Assembly (NCBI GenBank): GCA_965285935.1
Contig: OZ260664.1
Coordinates: forward strand, 80,414,001 to 80,478,000
Direction: 5' to 3'
Origin: Ophelia neglecta
Lineage: Eukaryota
Length of the DNA stretch: 64,000 nt
Positions 13,346 through 25,110 of the stretch are shown in pieces (the stretch's first letter is position 1; each line of letters opens with the position of its first letter). The notes under the pieces are model-generated. The model searched no databases. It had not been told where the DNA came from and was given only the letters and a program-made list of their open reading frames with translations. A program made the translations under genes and the position numbers.

Positions 13346-16300
13346 CCACTATATTAACTTAGACAAACTCTAAGATACATGAAAAGCATAGGAGGTTAGA
13401 GAAAACCTGAGACATGGATCACCAGCAGACGGAAACAGGCTGTGGTGAGATGTTGGCCATACCATTTCACCCCATTAACTTGACCTATATGAATAGCTGC
13501 CATTCACTGACTTTAATATGATACTTTTTGTGCAATGCAAAATTATTTCAGCCATTTGACTTTGGACTCTGAATTTATAACATTGACCTCCAATGTTGTA
13601 TCCCAGGCATATCTCAGAGTGTTTGCATGCTTTAGTTTTCTTCTTTCACACAGTGTTAAGCCAAATTATGTGTGTATCTCTATGTATGGCAGAGATGCAT
13701 ATACCAGAGATTGGAATCGGGGCCCTCAGGTGAAAGGAGCCAACATCTGGGTATATATATCTCTGATAATGGTGGAGTTTTGTTTCTTTACCTATGACCT
13801 AAGACCCACAATATTCACACGTAACTTCTTTACTGTAGATCATAATCTCAATCAATTCTTCCGGCATAATGGTCCAAGGTAGGCATTATGATATGATAAC
13901 AAATGATTTTGCTGTAAGCAATTTCTCCATTCTCACCTTAACTAACCAGTATCTAGACTAACCTTTGTAAGTGTATCCCAATGCACTGAATGCAATAGGT
14001 CATATCTATTGCTAGGTTGTTCTGCTGCTCAGCAATCTATTTTTTCTGCAGTTCTGTGCAACTATTATTAATTTTATAAGAAGAAAAGTCCTTTACGAAG
14101 AGACAGTCATGGGTGGTTTGTAGATTGCTTTTTATTTTGTTCGGAAAGGTCTTGTGGCCCCCTCAGTAGCTGCACACCTAACCAAACCTATTTCTGCAGT
14201 TGCACCATGAGTAAGACATTTGCAAAAAAATCTTGAAAAAAATTTGAAACAATAGAAATGAGGTGTGCTGATATAGAATGGCCTCTGTCCCACTCTACCG
14301 CATTTTCTGCCTCTGCCACTTAAAAAAGGCTTTAACCTTGTAATGGCTTAAAGCCTATAGAGAAACCATTTCAGCAGGTAGGAGTTTAAAGCATCAGAAA
14401 TATTTCTACAAAAGGCTCAATTGGACTCATCCACTTAACATGAGAATGTCTGGATTGAGTGCCCTGAGAACTCCAGCAAAGGGGAGGCTGGGATGTCAAT
14501 GCTGGAGCTTCTATGTCTGCATGGGCATGAATTGATTAACTCGGTGGATAGCCAATTATTTGTGTTTGGCATAACAACCACGAGAAATAGAAGTATTCCC
14601 ATAACTCCTTTCAAGTTCTTAATTATATATGCTAAGCTTTCTAGATGCATTGTCAGCCTATAGAAAACCATGTAGTTCCTCTGGTGTAATCAAGTTCAAC
14701 CTTGATCCTTTTTTTAAGGTAAAATTGGGAAGAAAATATAGTTTTTCTGTGTATTTTATACCTTTTGCCTCAAGTTTTAAAATAACAACAGGGATTTCAA
14801 TAACTGTTCAAGTAGCAAGTGAATTCTTAAAAGAAGGCACAGAAATCCCTGGCCCCGTAGGGACTGAAATGAGGCTCTCAGAAGCTGATTGATTGTTGAT
14901 ATTCCCAGCTACGTTTTCAGCCATTTCAGGCTTCAAATCTTTATTTCCTTGGTTTTTAAGACTAATTATTTAGTACTAAAATTTAACCTTGCAGAACAAT
15001 CTATTAGTACACTGTATACATTAATCTTTCGCTCTTTACATGTTGTTCATCTACTGCCTCTTCTAATTCATGGTCAGAAATTATTGCATGTCCTAGTCCT
15101 AGCCAAGGACATCGGAATCACATTCAGAGTCAGAATCAAGATCATCATAACCTTTAAGTTCAACTATGCAGTGTAAGGCATTTTATTAAAGGTGTTCCCC
15201 TAGTGACTCAGATTCAGTTGCAGGAGGCTGGTAAAGAATGGCAGACTCAACCACTTTCTTAAGTTTGCATATAGGTTTGTCTGCCAGCTGTTTATTCACT
15301 GCCTCCTGAATGAAGGTGACACAAACTTTTGTATTGGGAACAGGACCATTTGTAGACAGGAAGACTTAGAAACTTCTCTTCTTTGCCATGTTTTGCTCAT
15401 GTAGAAAGACAGCGCAGGAAGTGAAGCAAGAAACTAGCAACAACACTGTGAGGTCAGAAATTCAGAAAATACCCTGTCTGACAAGGAATAAAGAGAAATA
15501 GAGACCTGGGCCACATTTTGGGTAGGCTGGCTCCCTGCCTTTTCCCATACCTTTGTCCATTACATATACCTAACTGTAGCAGTGCATAAACCATTTGACC
15601 ATATTGTGACTCCACAGATATCACAGAGGAGATGAAAAAACGAAAACCGCGGAGACGCCGACCATCATGCACAATCACCAAGTTCCTGAATAAAAGCTTA
15701 ATATGGTGTGGTCCCTGTGTTGCCATTACATCATGACAAAAAAGTTTGATATCAATAATAAAATCAGTCACCTTGCCTGAATAAAATGAATGTAAATCCC
15801 CAAACTTTAACAAAATTTATTTCCATTGTGTTAAAGACTATGTTTCTGAATTGGAGCCATATTGGTCAAGAACAACATAAAAAACAACATTATAGATCAA
15901 CGAGTTTCCTACAATCTACTGGGAATACTCATCCAAATAAGTGAATTATTGACAGCACCCTCAGTTGCTGTCTATGGCATCAATTTCTAATTTTTCTAGT
16001 GTAAGTCTAAATATTGAATGCACTCTGTGGCCTTGTATATATATTATATTGATTTGGTGAAGTACGGGATGGACAGTTTTATAGTGCAGGCTCAGTGATT
16101 ATATGTGGCATCATTAATTCTCTAATGGATTCCAATTAGCATGTCTATGCTATTAAAGAATAACAATGATAATACATGTAGAGTAATAAAGAATAATAAC
16201 TGTTTTGTTAGGCACTAAAATGGGTGTATTGATTATGATAATCAGTGAGACGAAGGCTCATTTTGTATGTCAATTTTATAGCTACTTGGTTAGATAATTG

Positions 16301-16660
16301 TCTCATATGGTTAAGGTTTTAGGAGGTAATTAATATATGAAGATTGGATGATTGTTAAGTATTAATAGAGTAATTTGGAAGATCAGAATTAAATTAAATG
16401 TACCATAAACCCATTGCACTATTGAAAATAAATGATCACCTTATTAACTGCAAATATTTTTGTGGCCATTATTTTGTTCTGCCCTTTTTACTGTTTACCT
16501 CATTACTTCATGTTGGACTTGTGTTGGTGAACAGAAATGTTTTTTGATTCCTACCTTTAAAAGGCCCTTATGCCATTAAAATTGGTTTGTTTTGAATGAA
16601 TTCTTTGAAATTCATGTTTCAGTCTGAGGCTTCAATAATCCTCTTTAACAACTAAGTTGA

Positions 16661-17311
16661 TTTTAAACATTAATATGTGACACATTGAGGAGCTATCTTG
16701 TGTTGTAGGGATGACTGTCTGGCATTTAAACATTAATATGTGACACATTGAGGAGCTATCTTGTGTTGTAGGGATGACTGTCTGGCATTTAAACATTAAT
16801 ATGTGACACATTGAAGAGCTATCTTGTGTTGTAGGGATGACTGTCTGGCATTTAAACATTCATATGTGACACATTGAGGAGCTATCTTTTGTTGTAGGGA
16901 TGACTGTCTGGCATTTAAACATTAATATGTGACACATTGAGGAGCTATCTTGTGTTGTAGGGATGACTGTCTGGCATTTAAACATTCATATGTGACACAT
17001 TGAGGAGCTATCTTTTGTTGTAGGGATGACTGTCTGGCATTTAAACATTCATATGTGACACATTGAGGAGCTATCTTGTGTTGTAGGGATGACTGTCTGG
17101 CATTTAAACATTCATATGTGACACATTGAGGAGCTATCTTTTGTTGTAGGGATGACTGTCTGGCATTTAAACATTCATATGTGACACATTGAGGAGCTAT
17201 CTTGTGTTGTAGGGATGACTGTCTGGCATTTAAACATTCATATGTGACACATTGAGGAGCTATCTTGTGTTGTAGGGATGACTGTCTGGCTTTAAACTTA
17301 ATATGTGACAC
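16661..17311. repeat. 63-bp minisatellite, ~10 copies
   Basis: Unit atttaaacatt(a/c)atatgtgacacattgaggagctatcttgtgttgtagggatgactgtctggc. It explains the 21-aa periodic ORFs at 16632 and 16922. Confidence 0.97.
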
Positions 17312-20300
17312 AGTGTTATCTGTGTTTAAGGGATACCCTCTGTGCCTGTAGTAGTCTGCTAGGATGTGACAGCCTTGTTTTGCTAGCCGATGTGTCTTCT
17401 TCTCTGATTTGTAAATGGATTTCTGCCATTAGACTGTCATACTAGCATACTTAGGCCAAATTGATTAAACAATTAATTACAGGAAAGACAGTCATGTTGT
17501 TATATGGTTATGCAATTGCCAAAATTTCATGATCCACTTCCCTTCTGCCATCTAATTAGCACGATCTGTGGTGGAGTTGTTCGGCTAGATGCCTAATAAT
17601 CCATGCAAATGTGCAGAAGATCCATCAGTAGCAATTTGCTGAATGGATGAAATGTTTCATGTGTTTTAGCAAGAAGCTTTTGCGTACAGATGTGTGGTAA
17701 TTTATTGCAATTGATCAGCAATACTATTGTTTGGAAGGGTCCATGGTGCAATGAGAAACTGTGATCATCAGACAATATAATCAGTCAGATAGAGACCTTA
17801 TGTTCTTGTTCTGAGTTGACTCCTTTTCATTTTTGTTGCAGTGTTTGCATTGCCAAGTGTTATGTATATGGCCAGTTGACAGGATATGAGACATAAAAAG
17901 TTGTAACCTTTTTCTGATAATAAATTACCTGCAATGGCGCAAATGTCTCTGGTCTTATTAGTTTGAAGGCAGTGCCTATAAATCTAATAAGGCCATATAA
18001 AAGATATTAGCTAAATATGCATGACTGGTTATCTTTGTGTTATAAAGAATATCAGTCTCATTGTTCCTGTGTTTTTTTTTCTTAAATTGCAATGACTGTA
18101 TAACTGGTTTTACGAGCATGGATAGTTTATTGAGTTTAGCACAAAGGATTTCTTGGGAATGCAATGGGGGCATGAGAAACATATCCATCGCCAAGCTGAT
18201 CTAGTGAATTCCCATGTTTTCATTTGCCTTGATCTGTTCATCTATCATTAAAAAAAATCTCCTGAGACAGGCCTTTCCTCTTTGCAGTGTTATTGCAAAA
18301 ATAGTATTTGGCCGGGGCGGTGGCTAACCGAGTTAAGTGATGATATGTTATCCCTGGCTGACAAGTACATTTTGTCAGCTTTATTGTGTCATGCCAATAT
18401 CAGTGCATGTCACCTTGAAAATGGACGACCTAGGGTCTCATTTGTATGTTTGGATGAAAATGCCAAAGGAAAAAACAGATTGACTTAAAAAGAAATCTTG
18501 TATCAAGGCCAACGAAGGCACCAGAAGTCCATGCCAAAACAGGTGATCTTGCCAGAAAGGGTTGCTTTCAACTTTTTCATCTTTTTTCTTTCCTGTGCAA
18601 TACCTAAAAGCAACTAGTTAAATCAGACATAACACAGTATTTTTTGGAGCTTTCAATTGTTTTGAGCCCACAAAAATAATCTACACACCATACAGATCAA
18701 AGCAAATGATATCAAGTCATACACTGGATGACTATAACTTGGACATGTGTAAAAATAAGTGCATATGTTTTGAGGGAGTTCATTGTGCTCTACCATACAT
18801 GTACTGTATAAGAAAAGCTCCAGTAAAGAAGAAAATCATTTGTAGTGTTTAAATGTGGCACTGGATGCAGATATGCATGCCACTGTGGCTCAGGTTGATT
18901 TCAATAATCTTTTAAAACCATGCATTACAAAAGTATTACAGGAATTTACATGTACATATACATAACAAAGATGGTAACTTTTCAACCTTCAACACAAATA
19001 GAGGGATTAAACTCTGACACAATTTACCATCGTAAATTAATGTAAGCAACACTTAATCACATTTAAATAGTACTCTATTTGGACAAGACTAAAACAGCAT
19101 TAATTCCTATAAATTATTAATGATACACACACATTACTGTTAAATTTTTGGCCACCTTGCCTTTATCAAGACGCAAGACTGAACTGTGATTTAAACTACA
19201 ATTTAAATGTTCTACCTAGTAGCTGCATTTGGAATAAATTAAAACTATATATATTTTCTCAGACAAGACAATGGTTTAACCTTTTTGTTTAACATGGTGA
19301 GGGAGATGTGGGGATCATAATTCTGTAGGTAAAATCACAGCAATTAGTTCTATGATGGCTTACTAAGGGAACTATTGATGTTTTCAACTGTAAGAACAAT
19401 AACTTTTTTATAACCCCCCTGGTCTGTTACAAGCTATAATCATTTCTATTAAGCCATGGTTTTTAAAAAGGTTAGTTTACAAATCCGCCCTGGTTAATTT
19501 TATTTGGAATTAGAATAAATTTAAAATTAGAAAGTACCTGTTTTATTTATCCCTGCCCAGGAGATTGATCCCACAACCTGTAGTTTTATTTGTATATTTT
19601 TTTTCTATGGAGTTTTAAAGCATCCCTCACAACCATTGTAGCAAGTTGCTGTGTCCTTTTTCTTTTTTTTTTGGTAATTTTTTATGTTTTCCTTCTGCCT
19701 TGTCAATGTTTGTCAAAATTTTTTAACAAACCAACACATTAAAAAATGATTGCCTCATACTCCTTAAAATATTAACAGCTTTCTTCATAATTAATTACAA
19801 GTTGTCAATTTAGAAAATAATGATAAGTCAGGCACAATCTCTGAAATAACTTTCTTCATGATACCAACCTCAAGCATATATTCTTTTATACATTAAATTT
19901 CCAGCCATGCGTCCAGAACTGCTCCACCTACCGTCACTGCTGTATGCAGGTTCTGGCTCTCTTTTGTTAGCAATGTAACTCTCTGATTATCCAATTTGTG
20001 GAGGATCGTGCAGTTTTATCTGAGCTGATGTGTATCACAACGACCGGATCAAGGGATTAAACACAAGATAAGTTGAATAATGGAGTTTTCCCATATACAG
20101 GAAGAACTCTTTACTTCAGATGCAGGATGTTTATAGAGTCTGTCTACCCACTACAATTGCACCAATTTGATTATAAAATCAAGGAAGGGTGCATGCTGGG
20201 TCTTCAAAAGTGCACATCCGGGATATCCAGAATCAGATAACTGATAACTGAAGTAATGAAACAAAAAAGTTATTTTAGTTCAATCACATGAGATAGATTT

Positions 20301-20450
20301 ATTTAAAATTTTTACAACTTTTAGTACAAGGAGGCACAACTCATTTTGAAACAACCAGAGGGATATACCTTATTATGCATGTTTTCTACAAAAGACAATG
20401 AAATAAGATTATTTATTAATTATCACTCTGGAATTAACATAGTTAATTTA

Positions 20451-20635
20451 CAGGGAGACCTGTGAATTACAACCACCCAAAGGACTGGAAAATACTGGTC
20501 TGATAACAGAGGGGGTATATTTACACAGGTTATTAAAGTTGAAAGTGGTTATGATAGTCTTCATATCGGTGGTCTGCAATGTCAGGAGGTCTGAGTATAG
20601 AGGTGGCCTTTAAGGCAGGTAACAGTCTATAACTG
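20451..20635. mobile_element. Tc1/mariner-type MITE inserted downstream of the GPCR copy A stop codon
   Basis: TA|cagggagacctg...caggt...aactg, same family as 4016-4192 in the opposite orientation. The paralogous site in unit B (~27410-27430, taacataattaatatatataacacaataatt) is empty. Confidence 0.75.
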
Positions 20636-21453
20636 TTATAACACAATAATTAATGACACAATAATATGTACATTGATACACGTATCTTGAACAGTTGTGT
20701 AACTAATGTTTTTTTTTCCCATTAAACATTTAGTTAAATTGTGCCTTTCAATGTTTCATGTATACCATGAAATTTGAAAAGCATTTCATTACATTATCAT
20801 AAGTGTTACATTATACTTTAAGAAATTTTGTATATTTTACACAAATTGAGTATGTATGAGGTACGAGATTACATTAAATGTCCAACTCACTCAAGAGTTC
20901 ATTTATTATTCATTATCACATATTGAATATTCTTTATTATAGATTACAAACAGTTTAATTATCAACTGGAGCTGACCACTTGAAACTCATCTTTATAATG
21001 CAATGCATACTGTGGCCACGGGTAATTGATAAATGTTTGCCTCATTACCGCACTCTGTACAGTTACCGGCAGTTTATATTTGTAAAGGAGAAAATGGGTT
21101 CCTCTTAAGCCAAACTTAGTCAACTTAATACATTAAATTTATATGCTAGGTTTTTATTGTTCAGTGTCCACCAAACTGAAAAGGAAGGGTATTAAGAATA
21201 ATGTTGGCATGCTTACTTTTTATTAACTTCCTTGATCCCCTACATACGTATATGAATTGGTAAATTTCATTATCCGATGACATTGTTATTTTGCCCTATA
21301 TACATGTACCTCACAGCCCAGTGAGGTAGTGGGTATGTTTTATTTAAAGATACCCCCGCCAACAGTGTGATTGATGCTGAGCCTGTGAGGGGAGGTATTA
21401 TTGTACATGTATTGTGTGTGGGGATACCCTTTCCATGTCTGCCGGTATACAGG

Positions 21454-22671
21454 TTATAGAGGCACATCACAATCCCTTTCCGGAGAGCCTTTGTTGAGCT
21501 CTGCCATTGATTGACCATTTCTAGTTGCAATACTCCGTGTTGTCAAGGTGAGGGGCTCTGTTTCTGATATTTCTGATATTCTTGGTCTCACACCTCCACA
21601 TGAATACATGTCTGCCAGAATTTTTCTAAACTTCTTGCCAATCAGGCAGTATATTAGAAAATTAATTGAACTATTAACGACAAGCATAAGGTTGGTGAAC
21701 ACGTTGATATACTTCAGTATGATATAATCAATGCGCATTTCAGGGATGAATTCCCGCAGTGTGGCGACGATACGGAGGGTCAAATCAGGCAGCTCACAAA
21801 CGATGAAGATGCTGACAACAACCACAAGCATCAGGGTTATATTTTCCCGATGTTTTGAAGTTTTGTTCATGTCCTTTTGCTTCTTTCTCACAGCTTGTAG
21901 GGCTTGTATCAGTCTGAGATTTAACACAATCAACATCAGGAGTGGCCCTATCGTCCGAAATACAAAGTAGCATAGCGTTTTGTAAAACAGGAAATATAAC
22001 TTACTTTCTCGTAAACTTGTCTTTTTGGTTGCGACCACTGTATTTCCCCAGCAGTCAGTTTCAAACACGAATTTCCGCTCAAAGAATCTTGGCACATTGT
22101 AGAGAACTGCGGCCACAGTCACCAGAGCCACGGCCAATTTGGCCCTTTGCAAGCTGCGAAGCTGGGCTTTCAGTGGTTTACACACGGCTACGTAGCGATC
22201 TACGGTGACCAAAACTACAGTCCAAACAGTGACAGTCTGTGCTATTGAGGCAAAAGCCCAGCTATAGGGCTCTATGTAGGGAAACACCCCCTTCAGACTG
22301 GGTATCCAGTCTGTCTCTTCATTGATAGTTTTCAGTATCTGTATAAAGACACAGGCCACCAAGTAGAATGTGTCCACCAAGGCTAGGGTCTGCAGTAGCC
22401 AGTTGGTAGTGTTTCTCTTATCATGGTCATGATTAAGGACAACAATGGACAGTGCATTGCCTATGAACCCCACAAGGCACAGAAATCCCACTATGTAGAT
22501 GTTGACCACTTTGCGAAACATGTGATATGCCTCTGGGTAGTAAACCAGTGTCCCAGTGTTATTACAGGCCCCTAGACCAGGACCATTGGGGCCATAAATG
22601 AGCGAAAAGTTTGTGGCATTGAAAATATCTCCAAACTCAGAGTGATCCAGAATATTCTGCACACTGGCCAT
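21454..22671 (-). CDS. Class A (rhodopsin-like) neuropeptide GPCR, FMRFamide receptor-like, copy A, 405 aa, intronless CDS
   Basis: Seven hydrophobic segments with GN (TM1), LALVD (TM2), DRY (TM3), YNVPRFFE (end of TM4, typical of the FMRFamide/sex-peptide/myosuppressin receptor group), CELP (TM6), NSSINFLIY (TM7) and helix 8 KKFRKIL. N-glycosylation sequons NAT, NFS and NNT. The ligand cannot be determined from sequence. Confidence 0.95.
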   Translation of the reverse strand: MASVQNILDHSEFGDIFNATNFSLIYGPNGPGLGACNNTGTLVYYPEAYHMFRKVVNIYIVGFLCLVGFIGNALSIVVLNHDHDKRNTTNWLLQTLALVDTFYLVACVFIQILKTINEETDWIPSLKGVFPYIEPYSWAFASIAQTVTVWTVVLVTVDRYVAVCKPLKAQLRSLQRAKLAVALVTVAAVLYNVPRFFERKFVFETDCWGNTVVATKKTSLRESKLYFLFYKTLCYFVFRTIGPLLMLIVLNLRLIQALQAVRKKQKDMNKTSKHRENITLMLVVVVSIFIVCELPDLTLRIVATLREFIPEMRIDYIILKYINVFTNLMLVVNSSINFLIYCLIGKKFRKILADMYSCGGVRPRISEISETEPLTLTTRSIATRNGQSMAELNKGSPERDCDVPL

Positions 22672-23694
22672 AGCGTATGTTGAGTTTGGTCCCGTAGCGG
22701 TCTAGCTGCCACAGTGTTGCTTTCCTCAAATGAGTAATTAATTACTTACCAACATATTGTAATGTTGAATTGGACTGATTAGAAGGAATATCACTGCATT
22801 ATTTGTGAAATGCCAAAATATATTGTACGCAAACACTTAGCCAGCCGATCAATGAATGTTCAACTGTTGGACAGAATTTCAGGAATGATGAAAGCACCGG
22901 TAGTTATGCTGTCAGGTTGGAAGAGTCACCTGGATTCCTGAAGGGCACCCAACTTAAAATCTCTCAGCTGCTCCTAGCATGGAACATCAATAGTTGTTTA
23001 ACCCTCCTAAAGCCTCAACAAGTTCTCTTCACATTGATTATATTCCCAGCTATCTGCGCAGGTAGTAGAATCCCCTGTCATATAGGCTGGGGCTGTGCGG
23101 CAGTTGCCTCCACTGCTGATAGTGCCGGAATTGATATTTAGCATTTGTTGGTCAGATATGGTTGTTGTTCGGAAGCGCTGATGTATGTAGAGCTGTAGTC
23201 ACTAATCTAATGGCGACCACACGGTTGACTCTAATTCTAAATGTCCAGAGGATCAGTGTTTGCTAAGACTTCCACAGCTCAGAAACAGGAAAAGAGCTGT
23301 TTTAAAATAATCTCTCACTAGATTGTGGCCTTTTAAATCCTCTTTTTTAGCTATTGTTCAATGGTAATATTGAATTTGTTTGAATTTTATTCCTTAATAT
23401 TTCACTACATTTTTACAATGACATGAATGAGGCTAAATCAGTTCACTTTTGCACAAGCTGTGCAGCAATTTGAGTTGTGCTGGTGATTAGGTGTGTGTGA
23501 GAGACTAGGCAGGCTGTCGCTCCTGCTTACTGTGGCTGGGGCTCGTGCAGTCCTATTTGACTGATGACGCTGGTGAGGAGCAATGGCTCGCCAGGTGCTC
23601 ACTGTACAATTGGGGCTTCTGACTTGCACACATCTCTATGGTTAGACCACTCAATTACAAACCAGTCAGGTGGTTTAACTTTCAAAGCCACATA

Positions 23695-23720
23695 ACCTTC
23701 CTGAAGGTAAAAACAAAAAC
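23695..23720 (-). promoter_or_regulatory. Putative 3' splice acceptor opening the 5'UTR exon of GPCR copy A
   Basis: Minus strand reads gtttttgtttttaccttcag|gaagg (AG at 23701-23702). It is conserved in copy B, and identity between the copies drops on the intron side. Confidence 0.65.
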
Positions 23721-24841
23721 ACTGATTTAACATTGTCTGTATTGGTATTGTTAAAAAGCTGCGGACTAAGATAAGTCTTTTCCCTCCTTTGTATCATGTA
23801 TATCAGCATGAGGCATAGTAATTTAGATAAAAAAAAAATCAGTGCTCACAGTATACATCTATATCAGAGTATTGCATATTTCATGATAAACTGACTGTTT
23901 GAAACCTTCATTGGAAACTGTGTGATTAAGGAGTTTTATGTAAAATTGCATGAAGGGTTTCTTTGTATGGAGCCTAATCCATATCATGATGAAACAATCT
24001 TTAAATAACACATCCTTTCTGTTATGTATTGGTTGGGTCTGACTTTTTTTATGTCACCTAAGCACTGATCTGAGGGGCTCTGAGCTCCCTCCTCACATTT
24101 ATAACTGTAGTGCCTGAACTAAATCATTGTAAAAGAAGTATCTTTTTATCCTTTGTATAAGAAATTCCATCTCCTCTCGTGCTTTTAAAAAAAAAAGAAA
24201 TGTTGTGCCCCAGCCACATATCAAAACCAAATCAACTTGTGAGGCATGAGACTGGAAACATGTAAGGCATATAAAACGTTAGTGTGGAGATCATAATACG
24301 ATATGTAATATGTCACAGAATCCCTCCTAATGAAATATTCCAATTTCTGTCATGCAGTCATCTGGAATGAAGACTTGGTAGGTTTGATGTAGTTGACAAT
24401 GCCCACACTGGCAGAGGCCATGTTCTGTGTCACACAGTGTGGACATGAAATTGTGTCAATTTATATCTGAAAAAGTCAAAGTTGTTTTAAAAAATGGTCT
24501 TGTTTTTTTTCTTAGCTCAGTAACTCATATTTTCTTGTACATCTATGGAAAAAATTACAATCCATCACACGCTGTCAACCGTATGACCAGGCAGTAATGT
24601 TGAGGTATCTTCTAGACAGCAATGCTGTCTGTCGTGCGTGACCAATGGGAAGCACAAGTGTCAACTATGAGCTGTTGTAGGAATAACTTACCAAAGGAGA
24701 AAAACTTATCAAAAGGGAATCATTTACCAAAAGGGCATCACTTACTGAAGTGGTACATTGTAATAAATAGAGAATAGTACACAACAAAGTTAATAGATAA
24801 GCAATATTTATTTGACCATATAACCACAATTGGGTTTGTCC

Positions 24842-25110
24842 TTAAACACCAAAATTAAAGTTAAAATTGAAGCTAAATGGTTCAGGATTACCTGCAGTAG
24901 CACGAATGGTGATGTGGTTATAAGACATTAAGATGTTTACGGAAGGGGCTTCAGACATGGTGGCAGCTTCCTGTACTTCACTAGCTGTGGGCGAGGCTGC
25001 AGTGGCTACTACCTGGGCTGCTGGGTTGCTGGCTGGGCCACTGGGAGTTCTGCAAGGGCTGTTGGTGGGGCTCCCATTGCAGCTTCTGATGCTACTGAGG
25101 GGATACCTTG
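24842..25110 (-). pseudogene. Possible coding relic: Ala/Pro/Ser-rich segment ending ...PFSFNFNFNFGV*
   Basis: GC-richer, codon-like island. One frame reads GIPSVASEAAMGAPPTALAELPVAQPA and a shifted frame continues NPAAQVVATAASPTASEVQEAA... to the stop. AATAAA lies ~30 nt after the stop. Origin unknown. Confidence 0.35.

Larger units (their letters stand above)
19902..24570. repeat. Tandem duplication unit A (GPCR copy A plus flanks)
   Basis: Collinear with 26864-32630 from cagccatgc... to ...tccatcaca, with indels. Confidence 0.9.

Noticed and set aside
14864-14930. Pre-miRNA-like hairpin (ctgaaatg...catttcag)
   Set aside because: Only ~16 bp paired with a large internal loop, and no match to conserved miRNAs I recall.
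16632-17311. Periodic ORFs here and at 32909-33246, 45293-45514 and 52804-53101
   Set aside because: All are translations of minisatellites, often in several frames at once.
21731-22208. Plus-strand ORFs duplicated at 29467-29944
   Set aside because: Antisense shadows of the GPCR CDS.
23438-23629. Conserved 63-aa ORF (also 31496-31687)
   Set aside because: It has a GTG start directly after an in-frame stop, and the differences between copies are mostly non-synonymous. Conservation is at the nucleotide level.
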